Assembly: GCA_023231475.1 (NCBI GenBank)
Contig: JALJEE010002082.1
Span: 1 to 56,787 of the forward strand
Direction: 5' to 3'
From: Seison nebaliae
Taxonomy: Eukaryota
Length of the DNA stretch: 56,787 bases
The notes under the pieces are model-generated. The model saw nothing but the letters and a program-made list of their open reading frames with translations, did no database searches and had not been told where the DNA came from. Of this stretch, positions 13,208-25,369 are shown one piece after another (position 1 is the stretch's first letter; each line of letters starts with the position of its first letter). A program made the translations under genes and the position numbers.

Positions 13208-14080
13208 TTAAGAGTTGTCTTTCTTCTTCCCGACGAAACTACGACCACAGTCACAAAGACCATCGTTACAATGACAACCATCTCTACATAGATTACACGG
13301 TTTTCCTCGGATATACGGTACGTCAATAGTATGAGGTTCATAGTAATAGTAATTACATCCCATGTTAATATTTGAAACACAATAAACAGCTGCACATCCG
13401 ATTCTTATGTCATGTGAAGCGACGACTTGTACATAATGACCGACTTTTCTAAAATCGTTTTTATCTCCAAAGCGAAAATATTTCTTCTCTGAATACCAAC
13501 CTTGAGTCATATCTAAAATGAACTGCAGCACATCCACCGTTACTGAGGTTATACTCCCAAGATTTTGTCCTATATGACCGGGAAGAGTTGGATCATCTCT
13601 TTGTTCTTGTTTGTCATGTTCTAAATTACATATTGATAAATGACGTTCAATTACTTCCTCAATACTTTTGTCGTAAAATATGAAATGGAGATTAGAACCA
13701 GGTTCTTGTCTTCTTAACTCGTTGTGTAAATCTACAACTGCTCGACGATCAGAATCACTCATTTTATAAGTTTTTTGAAATTTTGGTCCTGGTGTTCGAC
13801 AACCTGAATGATCTCGTAACGCTTCATATTTCTTATGAACACAACCAGTTGCTTTAAACTTACTTCGACTCCCAACAATTTTCCTTTCTCTATTGAAAGC
13901 GGCGGCGAACGAAATCATCAATATTATGGCTAAAACGACCAATATAATTAGGAAATATAATGCCAATAGATATACTTTATCATATGCATTACTATGTCGC
14001 ATTGTACGCTTTTGGTCATTGAACGATAAGTTACTAGTAGTTTTGCGAAATTGTCTCTTAGCTTCATGACCGAAGGACAT
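13208..14080 (-). CDS. CAP/SCP (CRISP/antigen 5/PR-1) protein with an N-terminal membrane anchor, intronless
   Basis: TM segment VYLLALYFLIILVVLAIILMISFAAAF. CAP motifs VDLHNELRR, GQNL, GWYSE, GHYVQVV, IGCAAVYC, GCNY and a Cys-rich hinge (PYIRGKPCNLC..C.C.DGLC). Confidence 0.9.
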   Translation of the reverse strand: MSFGHEAKRQFRKTTSNLSFNDQKRTMRHSNAYDKVYLLALYFLIILVVLAIILMISFAAAFNRERKIVGSRSKFKATGCVHKKYEALRDHSGCRTPGPKFQKTYKMSDSDRRAVVDLHNELRRQEPGSNLHFIFYDKSIEEVIERHLSICNLEHDKQEQRDDPTLPGHIGQNLGSITSVTVDVLQFILDMTQGWYSEKKYFRFGDKNDFRKVGHYVQVVASHDIRIGCAAVYCVSNINMGCNYYYYEPHTIDVPYIRGKPCNLCRDGCHCNDGLCDCGRSFVGKKKDNS

Positions 14081-15396
14081 TTTTGCTTTATTTCCACATT
14101 ACAAAGTATGTTTTATTGTCCATAAATATTATATGAATATACTGTTGGAATTGAACAATTTAACATTTCTTTCTATTTTGAAAATTTGAATTTCATCTCT
14201 AAATAAAACGGTAAATAGTAAATTGTTCATGTTGGATAAACAATGGTTTTAATTATTTTTAAAATATGTTTCCAATGAATTTTATATCACTTATAAAACG
14301 ATTAATGAATAATTGTAGTTCAAATGAAGAACCTTGAAAATTTAGTTAATCTAATTATGTAATTGATGATAAAAGTTTCTTTGATGTTTAATAAAACTTT
14401 TTTTTTCTTTTGAAGAAAGAAATTTCAAGATTTTTTTAAATGATCGTTGTAATTGTTTATTCCATTTATAAACTTTAAGTAATTAGGTTATATAAATTAT
14501 TTCATGATTATCATTATTAATATTTATAATTACCTAATTAAAAAATTAATTATGAATTTTAGAATTGAACAATAAAATTTTACATTTGTCAGATGAAAAA
14601 AAGTTAAGCAAATTATTATTAAGTGAGCATAGTGAGCGATAGATAAATTTGACATTTTTAGAATTGAAATGATTTTTGGGAATAAGAGAAGATAGTAATT
14701 ATTGGTATGAATGATGAAATACATGAAGTTGAATACAAACAGATTCTTGGAAGAATTGGAGAAGGAGCATGTGATGAGAATAATAAGTATTTGATGGACA
14801 CTCATCAAATATTTGCATCGACTTATGGTATTATGGGGACAAGATGCAACAATTAGAAGAGTTGTAGTTAGTTATGTGATTATGAGATGGAAGTATAATT
14901 GTTAATATATTTTTGTCTGATTCATTCCTTATGATGCTTATTCTGATGATTTTTTATCTAATTCTTCCATTATTGAGATGTGAGAGAAATAATGGAATAT
15001 GAAGTGAAAGCTCAAATATTTGAATGTAAAGGAGCAGGAGAGAATGAAATAGGAATGAATCGACATTAATTTATAAGGACAGAAAAAATAATGATCTTCT
15101 CTCCTCCACATACGATCAAGTGGTAGTATGTTGGAAATACATGGAAATTTATTGAAAATAATAAAATTTAATTTTATTTTGAGATTTTTTATTCGAATTT
15201 TCTTCCTTTCACAGACTTTGTCAGACTTTTATTGGATTCTCCATCATTTCCATCATTCCCCTTCATCACTTCTTCAATTATTTCGCACATTATCGATTTT
15301 TATGAATCTATTTACACATATATTCTCTAGATGATTCTTCTAATGATTTTGTGAAGTGAAAGATGATTCTCAATCTCCACGTTCAAATTTGAGAAA

Positions 15397-18300
15397 ATGA
15401 TTAATTCCATTTATAATAAGGTTCTCTCCGTTCCTGACAGCATTAATCGGAAAGTGAACAAATGTATGCCGTTGAATGGAGATGTGTTGTATAAGATGAA
15501 TGACATCTGTTATTATCATTCGAACGGTTATGAGAGTAATATGGTTGATGGTTTTTTAGACGAGAATGAATCGCACGGGAAATGTCGACGTCATAAAAGA
15601 GGAACATTCCATCTCATTTATTTCTCTTCAACGATGAACGACAGTCCTCCACATATCTCAGTCGTTTGGGTACCAGAAAATATTACGAAAACGGAAAAAT
15701 CACCACCACCAAAATTAACTTCATCATCATCATTAGCGAATGTAAATCGAAATAAAAGTGGAAGAAAAATATCTTCATCATCTTCATCATCATCATCATC
15801 ATCATCATCATCTTGTTCATGCAATTATGACAATGAAGAGAAATCATCATCGACGACAGTACCATCGAAAATGTACGAGAATTCTTCGTTACAATCAGAA
15901 TTTGAATGTATTTCAATGAGTAGTCTGTTGGCGGATGATCAATTCGATTCGAGTCAACATAAAATTTATCGGAATGATATTTATGAGCGATGGAAGAAAG
16001 AAGGAAAGAATGATAATTGTGCTATCGATATCGATTCCGATATATTGGCATTAGAAGGATTCATTCAATTATCGATTAATATGAAATCAAAAAATCAAAC
16101 CGATTCAAACACAATTCAATCTGGAGAAAATAAAGAGTCGATAGAGAATTCGAAAAAATTCGAAGAAAATCCTGAAAATTGTGATCTGAGACAATTTACG
16201 TCATCGATAGAGAATTCACATAAACGAAATCAAGAAGATGGAAAAAGATTGATTAATGAACGATATTATTCCTCTCCTCTCATAATTGAATTGCAACAAT
16301 TAAAATTTATTTTCCTGATTATTAATAACGAAAATAATTCGGGCCAACTTCTTCTTTTCAATTCGTTCGATCAACAGAATTCAGTTCGATCTTTCAATGC
16401 TCGACAAGCGAGAACGAAATTAGTTTCAACTCCACCCTCCACAATTTATTCGTTTTATTATCATGAAGCGAATATAAATGAAATGAAGAAAAATTTATTT
16501 GAAAATCGTTCATATTTTCCATCAGTTCCCATTATCGAATTTTCATTGAATGAATTATTTCATGTTCAATCCATCGATATCTTGTCGAGTTTGAGAAAGA
16601 GTTCTCCATTTTCATCTTTATCATCATCTTCATCGTCTTCATGGAAAAGTTCGAATTATTTAAATAATAATCAGAGATATTATCCTCCCAATCAACAATC
16701 GAATAAATTTTTCAATCGAATGTCTTCTTTAACATCATCGACACATCGCCGTCAAAGTTTCTCCAGAGACTATAACACATTTAATCGAATATTCATGTCC
16801 AACAAAGACGATTCATTCCATCATCAATTTATGATAAATAATCGAGCGAATTACAGAACTTTCTTCCAGAATCTGCATCAATTCCATCTGATATCACAAC
16901 ATGGAATCACATTCAAAATCGTCCAATCATTCGTCAAAAGTCTTACGAACCGAACAAAAAACGATGTTTTTCAGACATTGAAATTAATGATTTTCAATCA
17001 TAACGGAATGCAATCAACAACACGTCGTCAATTATGGCCATATATTTTGGGATTGTTACCATTCCATTTCACGAAAGATGACGTAGAAAGACGATATGTT
17101 GAATTGAATTTTTATTATAATCGTTTGAGAAAGTTCCGTGATGAGATTCTTCAATTCGTCGAGAAATATAATCAATTAAAAAATGAGAAAAATATCGAAG
17201 TGGATCCAGATATGGAACAATTATCAGAAACGATTCATATCATCATAAAAGATGTAGTGAGAACAGATAGAAATCTTTCCCAATTTAAAGGTTGTCATAA
17301 TTGGAATGTGAATACTTTGAAATCGATTCTTTTGTCATGGTCGATCGCTTTCGAACCAACAATCGGCTATACACAAGGAATGGCCGATATCGTTTCCATG
17401 TTATTGTTAGTTGTTCATGACGAATCGACCGCTTTTTGGTGTTTCGTATCTATTATGTATTGTCATGGTGATTCATTTAGTTCTCCTATTTCAAAATTGA
17501 AAAGATCAAAATATCATTTATTGGTAGCGAATTCGTTAGAGAAGAAAGGACAAATGTCATATAATTCAAAAATTCCCGATCTTCAATTAATTTATATAAC
17601 TAATTCGATTGATCTTCATTTAAAAATATTGGCACAATTAGTCTTCCTCATACAACCCCAAATATTTTATTCGTTAAGTGGTTTCAATTATACAATTTTT
17701 GAAAATGAACTTCGACAAATGAAATCCATCGACAACGCTATCAATAATTGTCAATCGAAATTATTATTTTGTCATCGATGGTTATTGTTGTGTTTGAAGA
17801 GAGAATTCTCCTCCAATCTTAATGATGTGATGAGTGTGTGGGAATGTTGTTGGACGTCACCGTCGAACTTTTTCATTCTTTTCATAATTCTCGCTATTTT
17901 CGACATTTATCTTAAACCCGTTCTTAATATTTTGGGGAGAGGATTCAATTCTAGAAAATTATCAGCTACTCCATCATTACAACAACGTTCCGTTCCTCCT
18001 TCGCCATCACGTCAATCATTACAACGACCACAACGTCGTCGTAGTGGAATTTTCGATGGTTTATTTACACAATATTTCAATTCTGGTGAGAATTCGTTAG
18101 ATAATCTTAATCAGTTCACAACGTCCGATATGGAGAATAATGATTCGATAGATGATGATGGAAAACATTATTATTCGGAGATGCTCGAAAAACATATTAA
18201 TCAAATCGATATCGATGAATTACTTCAATATTTTGGAGCGATCAGTCAATATATGAATGTTCCTTTCATTCTTATTCGAGCAAAAATCGTTCATCAATTA

Positions 18301-18828
18301 TTCATTTCTTCACTTTCATCATATCTCTCTTCATCATCTCCAAATTTAAATTCAAATTCAAATGTAGAAACATTAAATCGAATTGGACAAAATAAAATTT
18401 ATCAAAATCATCCAAATGATCATCAGACGAGAATGATGAAAGAATCAACAGAATTGAAATATTTCTTCAATTTCCTCCCTAAACATGATCTCCAATTACT
18501 CCGATATCAATTCACACGATCTGCATCATCTTTATCATTTGATGAAATGAATGAAAATTTAGATCAAGATGAATATCGATTGACGAATGATTGTAACGTT
18601 TTAAATCAAACCGCATTATTTTACAATGATGATTTTATTAAATTTTTAATTAATGTGAAAGTGAAAGACGATTGGTTTCTCATCCATCAACCGGATGATG
18701 CGCCAACTATCCATCGTCATATTCATCGATTTCCCACAATCATCAAACGACTCTATTTGTCGAATAAAAGGAATAATGAAGGAAATCGTGGATATTATTC
18801 CTCCATATTCTGTCCCAATGATCATTAG
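15397..18828 (+). CDS. TBC1D16: Rab-GAP TBC-domain protein, TBC1D16-like, intronless
   Basis: Arg finger IIKDVVRTDR, Gln finger GYTQGMAD, LWPYILG and LLFCHRWLLLCLKREF. N-terminal LNGDVLYKMNDIC resembles the TBC1D16 start. Confidence 0.8.
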   Translation: MINSIYNKVLSVPDSINRKVNKCMPLNGDVLYKMNDICYYHSNGYESNMVDGFLDENESHGKCRRHKRGTFHLIYFSSTMNDSPPHISVVWVPENITKTEKSPPPKLTSSSSLANVNRNKSGRKISSSSSSSSSSSSSSCSCNYDNEEKSSSTTVPSKMYENSSLQSEFECISMSSLLADDQFDSSQHKIYRNDIYERWKKEGKNDNCAIDIDSDILALEGFIQLSINMKSKNQTDSNTIQSGENKESIENSKKFEENPENCDLRQFTSSIENSHKRNQEDGKRLINERYYSSPLIIELQQLKFIFLIINNENNSGQLLLFNSFDQQNSVRSFNARQARTKLVSTPPSTIYSFYYHEANINEMKKNLFENRSYFPSVPIIEFSLNELFHVQSIDILSSLRKSSPFSSLSSSSSSSWKSSNYLNNNQRYYPPNQQSNKFFNRMSSLTSSTHRRQSFSRDYNTFNRIFMSNKDDSFHHQFMINNRANYRTFFQNLHQFHLISQHGITFKIVQSFVKSLTNRTKNDVFQTLKLMIFNHNGMQSTTRRQLWPYILGLLPFHFTKDDVERRYVELNFYYNRLRKFRDEILQFVEKYNQLKNEKNIEVDPDMEQLSETIHIIIKDVVRTDRNLSQFKGCHNWNVNTLKSILLSWSIAFEPTIGYTQGMADIVSMLLLVVHDESTAFWCFVSIMYCHGDSFSSPISKLKRSKYHLLVANSLEKKGQMSYNSKIPDLQLIYITNSIDLHLKILAQLVFLIQPQIFYSLSGFNYTIFENELRQMKSIDNAINNCQSKLLFCHRWLLLCLKREFSSNLNDVMSVWECCWTSPSNFFILFIILAIFDIYLKPVLNILGRGFNSRKLSATPSLQQRSVPPSPSRQSLQRPQRRRSGIFDGLFTQYFNSGENSLDNLNQFTTSDMENNDSIDDDGKHYYSEMLEKHINQIDIDELLQYFGAISQYMNVPFILIRAKIVHQLFISSLSSYLSSSSPNLNSNSNVETLNRIGQNKIYQNHPNDHQTRMMKESTELKYFFNFLPKHDLQLLRYQFTRSASSLSFDEMNENLDQDEYRLTNDCNVLNQTALFYNDDFIKFLINVKVKDDWFLIHQPDDAPTIHRHIHRFPTIIKRLYLSNKRNNEGNRGYYSSIFCPNDH

Positions 18829-18991
18829 AATCTCACTTCCAATTCAAATTTAAAATATTTTCTTTTCTTTCACAAATTCAACATTTTCAAATCCTCAGTG
18901 ATATTCAGTTCTTTTATTTATTTTATTTATTCCGTACAGATACTCTTTTCTCTCTCCTTCACTTTCTCATTGTCAACAAATTCGAGATTAG

Positions 18992-19009
18992 TCAATCTCG
19001 CGAGATTGA
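18992..19009. promoter_or_regulatory. Perfect 18-bp palindrome TCAATCTCGCGAGATTGA
   Basis: Read directly from the sequence. The core is TCTCGCGAGA, and it lies in the gap upstream of MFSD2. Confidence 0.4.
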
Positions 19010-19170
19010 AATGTGTCACTATCATTATAACTTCTATTTTCGATTACATCTTTTCCCCTCCCATTCCCACGGAAGACAACACAATCCGTTTAATGGAATT
19101 GATTTTTCTCACAAAACATTCTCATCAATTTCATTTATTTGTCATTTCTATTTGTGAAATTTCGATTTGG

Positions 19171-19500
19171 AAATTATCAGAAATTCTTTTTCTTTCCAAA
19201 ATTTCCAATTAGAAATTATCAGAAATTCTTTTTTTTCTTTCTAAATTTCCAATTAGAAATTATCAGAAATTCTTTTTCTTTCTAAATTTCCAATTAGAAA
19301 TTATCAGAAATTCTTTTTCTTTCAAAATTTCCAATTAGAAATTATCAGAAATTCTTTTTCTTTCAAAAATTCCAATTAGAAATTATCAGAAATTCTTTTT
19401 CTTTCTAAATTTCCAATTTGAAATTGTCAGAATTTTTTTTCTTTCAAAATTTCCAATTAGAAATTATAAGAATTTTTTTTCAAATTTTCGGAAAAAGAAA
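19171..19500. repeat. Minisatellite with a ~41-bp unit (AAATTATCAGAAATTCTTTTTCTTTCTAAATTTCCAATTAG), 7 near-complete copies plus degenerate ones
   Basis: Units start at about 19171, 19213, 19257, 19298, 19339, 19380, 19421 and 19461. Confidence 0.93.
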
Positions 19501-19854
19501 TTTTGATAAATTCTTTTTTTTCTTCAAATTTTCGGAAAAAAAATTATGATAAATTTTTTAAAAATTTCGAGTTAGAAATTGTTTAAATTTTCATCTATTG
19601 TCAAAATCTCAAATCATGACAATTTCATGTTCAATTTTATGATTTTGTTAATCGTCAACCAAATGTCATTGTCTTTATTTCGTGTTAATCTCATTTCATC
19701 GTGGAAAAGTCACATAAAATTTATTATATTTTTTAAATTTCTTTTATTTTCAATTAGATCAAACATTTTTCTTCAGATTTAAAATGATTACGATCGATTA
19801 ATTCAGATTGGACGGTTTTCATTTTTTTTCTATAACATTCGAAAATAAATTGAT

Positions 19855-22104
19855 ATGACGAATTTGTGGAAGAAAATATCGTCATCCTCAGTGGAGAGTA
19901 TTTCGAAAGTGGATGAAGTAAAACGGACTGGAAAGAATGTGGTTAGACGTCATAAAACTCCACCATCCACACCATCAACCGAATCATCAAATGTAGAATT
20001 AAATGACGATGATGGATGTCTTCCGTTGAAGACGAAATTAGCTTATGCCGTGGGTGGTTTTCCTTTTCAAGCATGTTATAATTTGATGGGATTCTTCGCT
20101 CCAATTTTCCTCTTAGAAGAAATGAGAATTCGAGCACTTTATGTTTCCATCATTCTGGCGGTGAGATCGATTGCTGATGGTTTAACTGATCCATTAATGG
20201 GAATGGTAGTAACGAAAGTAACGACTCGTTTTGGTCGAATGCGTCCATGGATTCTATTCGGTTCGATTCCTACTGCTTTCTGTTATATTGGAATGTGGTG
20301 GATTCCATTTAAAGGTTCGACGGAAATTCAACGGTTTTTCTGGTTATTAATATTTCATGTTCTCTTCGTTACCACATCATCTACGTTACGTATTCCACAT
20401 ACTGCATTAAATGTTTTATTGACACATAATCAACGAGAGAGAGAACTCGCCAATTTATATCGAACTTTTATGGAATTGATCGCTTTTCTTGTTTCGTCTA
20501 TCCTTCAAGGATTGATGATCGCTCGATATAGTAATGATAATGAGAAACATCGTGAATGTATCAATAATGAATATGTTTTCATTGGGGAATTGAATGATGT
20601 GGGTGAACAAGCAAATAAAGGATATATTTATGCTGCTGTAATTGTCGGTTGTGTTTATGTGATTTGTTGTACGATCGTTTTCATTTTCGTTAAAGAAAGA
20701 GAATCAGTAGTAAAACAATCAAAAACGAAATTATCATTTGAAGAAGTGAAAGATTATAATGATAATAATCAATTCATTAATAAATGTATCGAGAATGAAG
20801 AATTAGATAATAAAGAGGAAATGGAAACAGATTTTAATCGCAAACAAAAAATTCAAGAAAATAATGAATTAATTTCAAAAATGGATAATGGAGATGGGGG
20901 AAAACGACCATCGTTTAGAGAAGATTTCAAAATGGCTATGAAATTAAAATCTTATGTACTACTCACCACTCATGGACTTTTGTTCACTTTGGCTGTTTTG
21001 GCAGTTCAATCTCATTTGGCTTTGTATGTTGAACATGTTCTCCATTATAAACAAGCATTAACTTATATCATTTTCGCTCTACTTTTCATGAGTGTATTCT
21101 CTTTACCATTATGGCATTATCTCTCAACGAAATATGGAAAGAAAACGACTTTAGCAATTGGTGTATCATCAGCTTTTCCGTCACTTTATATTCTCATTTA
21201 TCTACAAAATCCCCCATGGATCATGTTCATTGTGGCGGTTACCAGTGGCGCTTCAGTTGGTGCTATCTTCCTCATACCATGGTCAATGTTACCGGATGTT
21301 GTAGACGAATATACCATCAAATATGGTCAGAGAAAAGAAGCGATTTTTTATTCGTTATTTGTTGTCGTTTTCAAATTATTTCAAGCGATTCTTTTAGGCT
21401 TATCTCAAATTATGTTGGGAGCAGCTGGTTATAATGCCGATCAATGTGTACAACCACCATCAGTCGCTTTAATGTTACGTGTATTGGTCGTGCCAATTCC
21501 TTTTCTTTTAATGGCAATAGGTTTAGTTGTTCTCTGGCTCTATCCAATCAACGAAGATACGAGAGCTTATATGAAGAAACAACTTGATCAAATGAGATTA
21601 GAAGCAGAAATGTTATTGATCGATGATGATGATCTTTCATCACTCGAATCGTTAACATTAGCAGGTGGTGATGTAAATATGGAAAATAATGAGAAACAAC
21701 ATCAACAAATGAATGAAATACCAAAATTACCTTCATCATCACTTCCAATTAATAATGAAGAAAATTTCCATCATCGATTATCCACCGCTCAACAATCAGT
21801 TGTCATGGTGACGAAAGAAGATGCAACGATCCTTCAATCAACAACAATATCAGATACAGTTTTTATGGGTAATGGAGATTATCATCAAATAGTTTCGTGC
21901 GAACAATTGCATTTATCGACGGTAACGTCACCGATTCAAACGAAAACTTTAATTTCTTCACCAATCATTTCTTCTATTAATGCCACTATCATTACACCAA
22001 CAACCACTACAAACACTCTCATCGACAAAACGAATAAACAAAATTATTATCAAAATCCTTCTTACGATCAACAACAACAACAACAACATTCAGAAAACCG
22101 TCGT

Positions 22105-22138
<34 letters not shown>

Positions 22139-22965
22139 GACATAATTATTTTCCATATAATAAAAAGAATTATAATGCTCCACTCGCATCTGTTCGTGAT
22201 ACATTGGATGTTATAAGTCATGCTGTTGGAATGGCATCATCGGCACCGACAGTTGGTGCCACTCATGATTATCAATCAGCTCGACCGATTTATCGTGAAC
22301 ATCATTTAGAGGAGATAAAAGAAAAAGAGGAAATTGATCAATCCCAACAATATGGCACAGTTGTTACATCTGATAATCAAACGATTTTAATCAATACAAT
22401 ACCATCATCTGATATCACTCCAACTACCACCACTATAACAACAACCTCTTCCGTCGTTACTGCTATTAGTGACACTCAATTGACTCTCCCTAAAACAACA
22501 ATGCCATCCGTCTATAGCTCAACAACAACAATCGATAATGTCGGTTGTCTTCCACAACCTCCTGGTGCCGCTAAAAGATTCCAGAGATTAATTTCAGATC
22601 CATCAGCACTTTTCGATCCCTTTCTCCTCAACGCTGACGTTCATCAACATCCACAATTGCCATATAAAATCAAACGTCGTCGATCATTTTCTCGTGAATA
22701 TCCTCGAGATTGTGACGTCATTCTCAATTCAAAAGAACCGACAACTACCGTTAGTGTGATTGGTATCGATGAGAAGACTCAAAATGGAACACGACGACAT
22801 CGATTAGCTTCGATTCCCATCGGATTGGATTGTGGGAAAGGTGTTAGCGATCTATCAACTACCAATCGATATCGTCGATTTGAATCGATTAGTGAAGAAG
22901 ATGATCAACAATCAACGAAATCACAATCCAAAGACGAGTCAATTGACAAGCGAAAAATAAATTAA
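19855..22965 (+). CDS. MFSD2: MFSD2-like sodium-dependent lysophospholipid (GPH/MelB family) MFS transporter with a long C-terminal tail, intronless
   Basis: KLAYAVGGFPFQ, DGLTDPLMG, FGRMRPWIL, IPHTAL, LIPWSMLPDVVDEY, EAIFYS and about 12 TM segments. Confidence 0.9.
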
Positions 22966-23371
22966 TATTTTTTTTTCACAGATATTCCCTTATTCATTCT
23001 TATTATCAATCGTTTGATGAATTTGGTGAATGATTGTTAATAAAATTTATTCGAAGATTTCGATGGAATTTTCATGATCAACCTCAATTGAATTTGTTGA
23101 AGTGAAGAATGATGAACTGAATTTTTTAAAGAGATTTTTTCGTTTTCTATTTGTTTTTTGGAATGAAAAATTATTTATAACAACAACAACAACAACAAAA
23201 ACATGATTATTTTTGGATAGATTTCGTTTCTTTAATTTTGTTAATTTTGTAAATTTGTTGGAAAATTCCCTTTCGATCATTCTCTTTTTTTCTCTTGTTA
23301 TTCTTCTCGTTTATTTCTCTCATCCAAATGAAATATTTTAGATTATTATCTATAAAAATTAGAAGTGAAAT

Positions 23372-25122
23372 ATGTCGTCACACAACATTTATCAGACGCC
23401 ACTCACCTCACGATATTCGAGTGATGAAATGAAATTTAATTTTAGTGATCAAAATAAATTTTCAACTTGGCGACGATTATGGTTTGTGTTAGCCAAAGGA
23501 GAGAAAGAATTCGGTTTGAACATCACCAACGAACAATTGAAAGAGATGGAAGAGAATATTGATAATATCGATTTTGATTTCGCTGCTAAAAAAGAGAAGG
23601 AATTACGTCATGATGTTATGGCACATATTCATACGTTCGGAATGGCGGCACCAAAAGCCATGCCAATCATCCATTTAGGAGCGACAAGTTGTTTCGTCGG
23701 AGACAATACGGTTTATTTGAAATAATTTCACTTTAATTTACTTAAAAATATTTTTATAGGATCTAATTCTCATAAAGAAAGGTCTCGAAATAATTCTTCA
23801 AATAGTTTCAATAATTTTCTATCAATTTAAAATTTTTTCATTAATTTTAAATTTTCCATTAATTTTTTTTTAGTTACGACGTTGTGTTTTCCGTCTTTAT
23901 AATTTAGCGAAAAAATATAAAGATCTTCCCTGTTTGGGATATACTCATTTACAGTTATCAAATCCATTTCTCTTCATTCATTTTCAAATCAATAATTATT
24001 ATTGTTATTATATTAGAGCTGCTCAATTGATAACGGTAGGAAAACGGTTTACCATGTGGCTACAGGACTTAATAATCGACTATAATAATTTGAAAGAATT
24101 TCATAAAAGTATTCCATTTCGTGGAATTAAAGGCACCACTGGAACATTAGCGTCTTTTATGGAATTATTTAATAATGATTATGAGAAAGTGAAGAAATTG
24201 AATGAATTTATAATGAAACAATTTAATTTTGAAAAGTTCTTCCATCAATTGATTTAATTATTTCAATTTTTTCATATATTATTTATCAGATCATTTATCG
24301 TTACTGGACAAACATATACGAGAAAGATTGATGTTGAATTAATTTCTCGTTTATCATCATTAGGTAGTTCATTGCATCGAATCGCTACCGATATCAGATT
24401 ATGGATCAGTTTCAAAGAAGTTGATGAACCGTTTGAAACGAATCAAGTAGGATCTAGTGCCATGCCATATAAACGGAATCCGATTCGTTGTGAACGAATT
24501 TGTTCATTAGCTAAACATCTCATGATATTGGTAAATGATGCCACATTTACTTTAGGTACTCAATGGATGGAGAGAACTTTGGACGATTCGGCTAATCGAA
24601 GAATTTCCATTCCCGAATCATTTCTCACAGCGGACGCTTGTCTCATTACTCTGCAGAATGTTCTCGAACGATTCGTTGTTCATCCGAAAATGATCGAACG
24701 TCGAATTAATGACGAACTTCCATTTATGGCGAGTGAAGTCATCATAATGGAAATGGTGAAAAATGGAGCGGACCGACAAGAATGTCATGAGAATCTTCGA
24801 CAATTGTCTGGAATTGCTGGTGCTAAAGTCAAAGAAGTTAAACTATTTTTATAGTCTGTTTATAATTTATTCTGTTGTTTATTTATTATTTACGGACAAC
24901 TCTCACACTCGATAGGAAGGGAAAGATAATAATTTAATTCAATTAATTTCTCAAACGGAATATTTCTCTCCAATTCATCAACGTCTTCCAACTCTACTCA
25001 ATCCCAAAAAGTTCATAGGTGCCTGTGAATTGATTGTGGATGATTTCCTCGAAACGGAAGTTCAACCAATTATCTCGGAACATTCGTCCGACATCGCTAA
25101 TAAAGTATTTTTGAACATTTGA
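23372..25122 (+). CDS. ADSL: Adenylosuccinate lyase, 6 exons
   Basis: [22 protein letters not shown] and the fumarase-family signature [11 protein letters not shown]. Introns 23711-23759, 23805-23873, 23954-24016, 24236-24289 and 24837-24915 restore the frame. Confidence 0.97.
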
Positions 25123-25369
25123 AAATTTCTCTTTTTTCTATCATGGAAACAATAATGTTGTGATAGTTGAGATAAGAAATAAAATTAAAATTTTTCCATA
25201 AAAAAAATTTATTTTTTCCATCACACCCTCCCAACAATAACAAGAAGAATAATAATAATAATTTTCATAAATAAAACAAATGATGAATTTGAAATTGTTT
25301 CTATATTATTCGATTTAATTTCCAGATTTTTTCCATAAAATTCTTCGAGCGTGAGAGAATATCATCAAA

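Noticed and set aside
14530..14808. 92-aa hydrophobic ORF with a signal-like start
   Set aside because: F/I/L/N-rich translation typical of AT-rich non-coding DNA, with no usable acceptor or family motif.
19171..19500. CRISPR-like periodicity
   Set aside because: Units are head-to-tail with no unique spacers, in a eukaryotic context with no cas genes.
15618..22216. Antisense or alternate-frame ORFs with poly-D, poly-M or poly-I
   Set aside because: These are shadows of TCA/CAT trinucleotide repeats inside the TBC1D16 and MFSD2 coding sequences.
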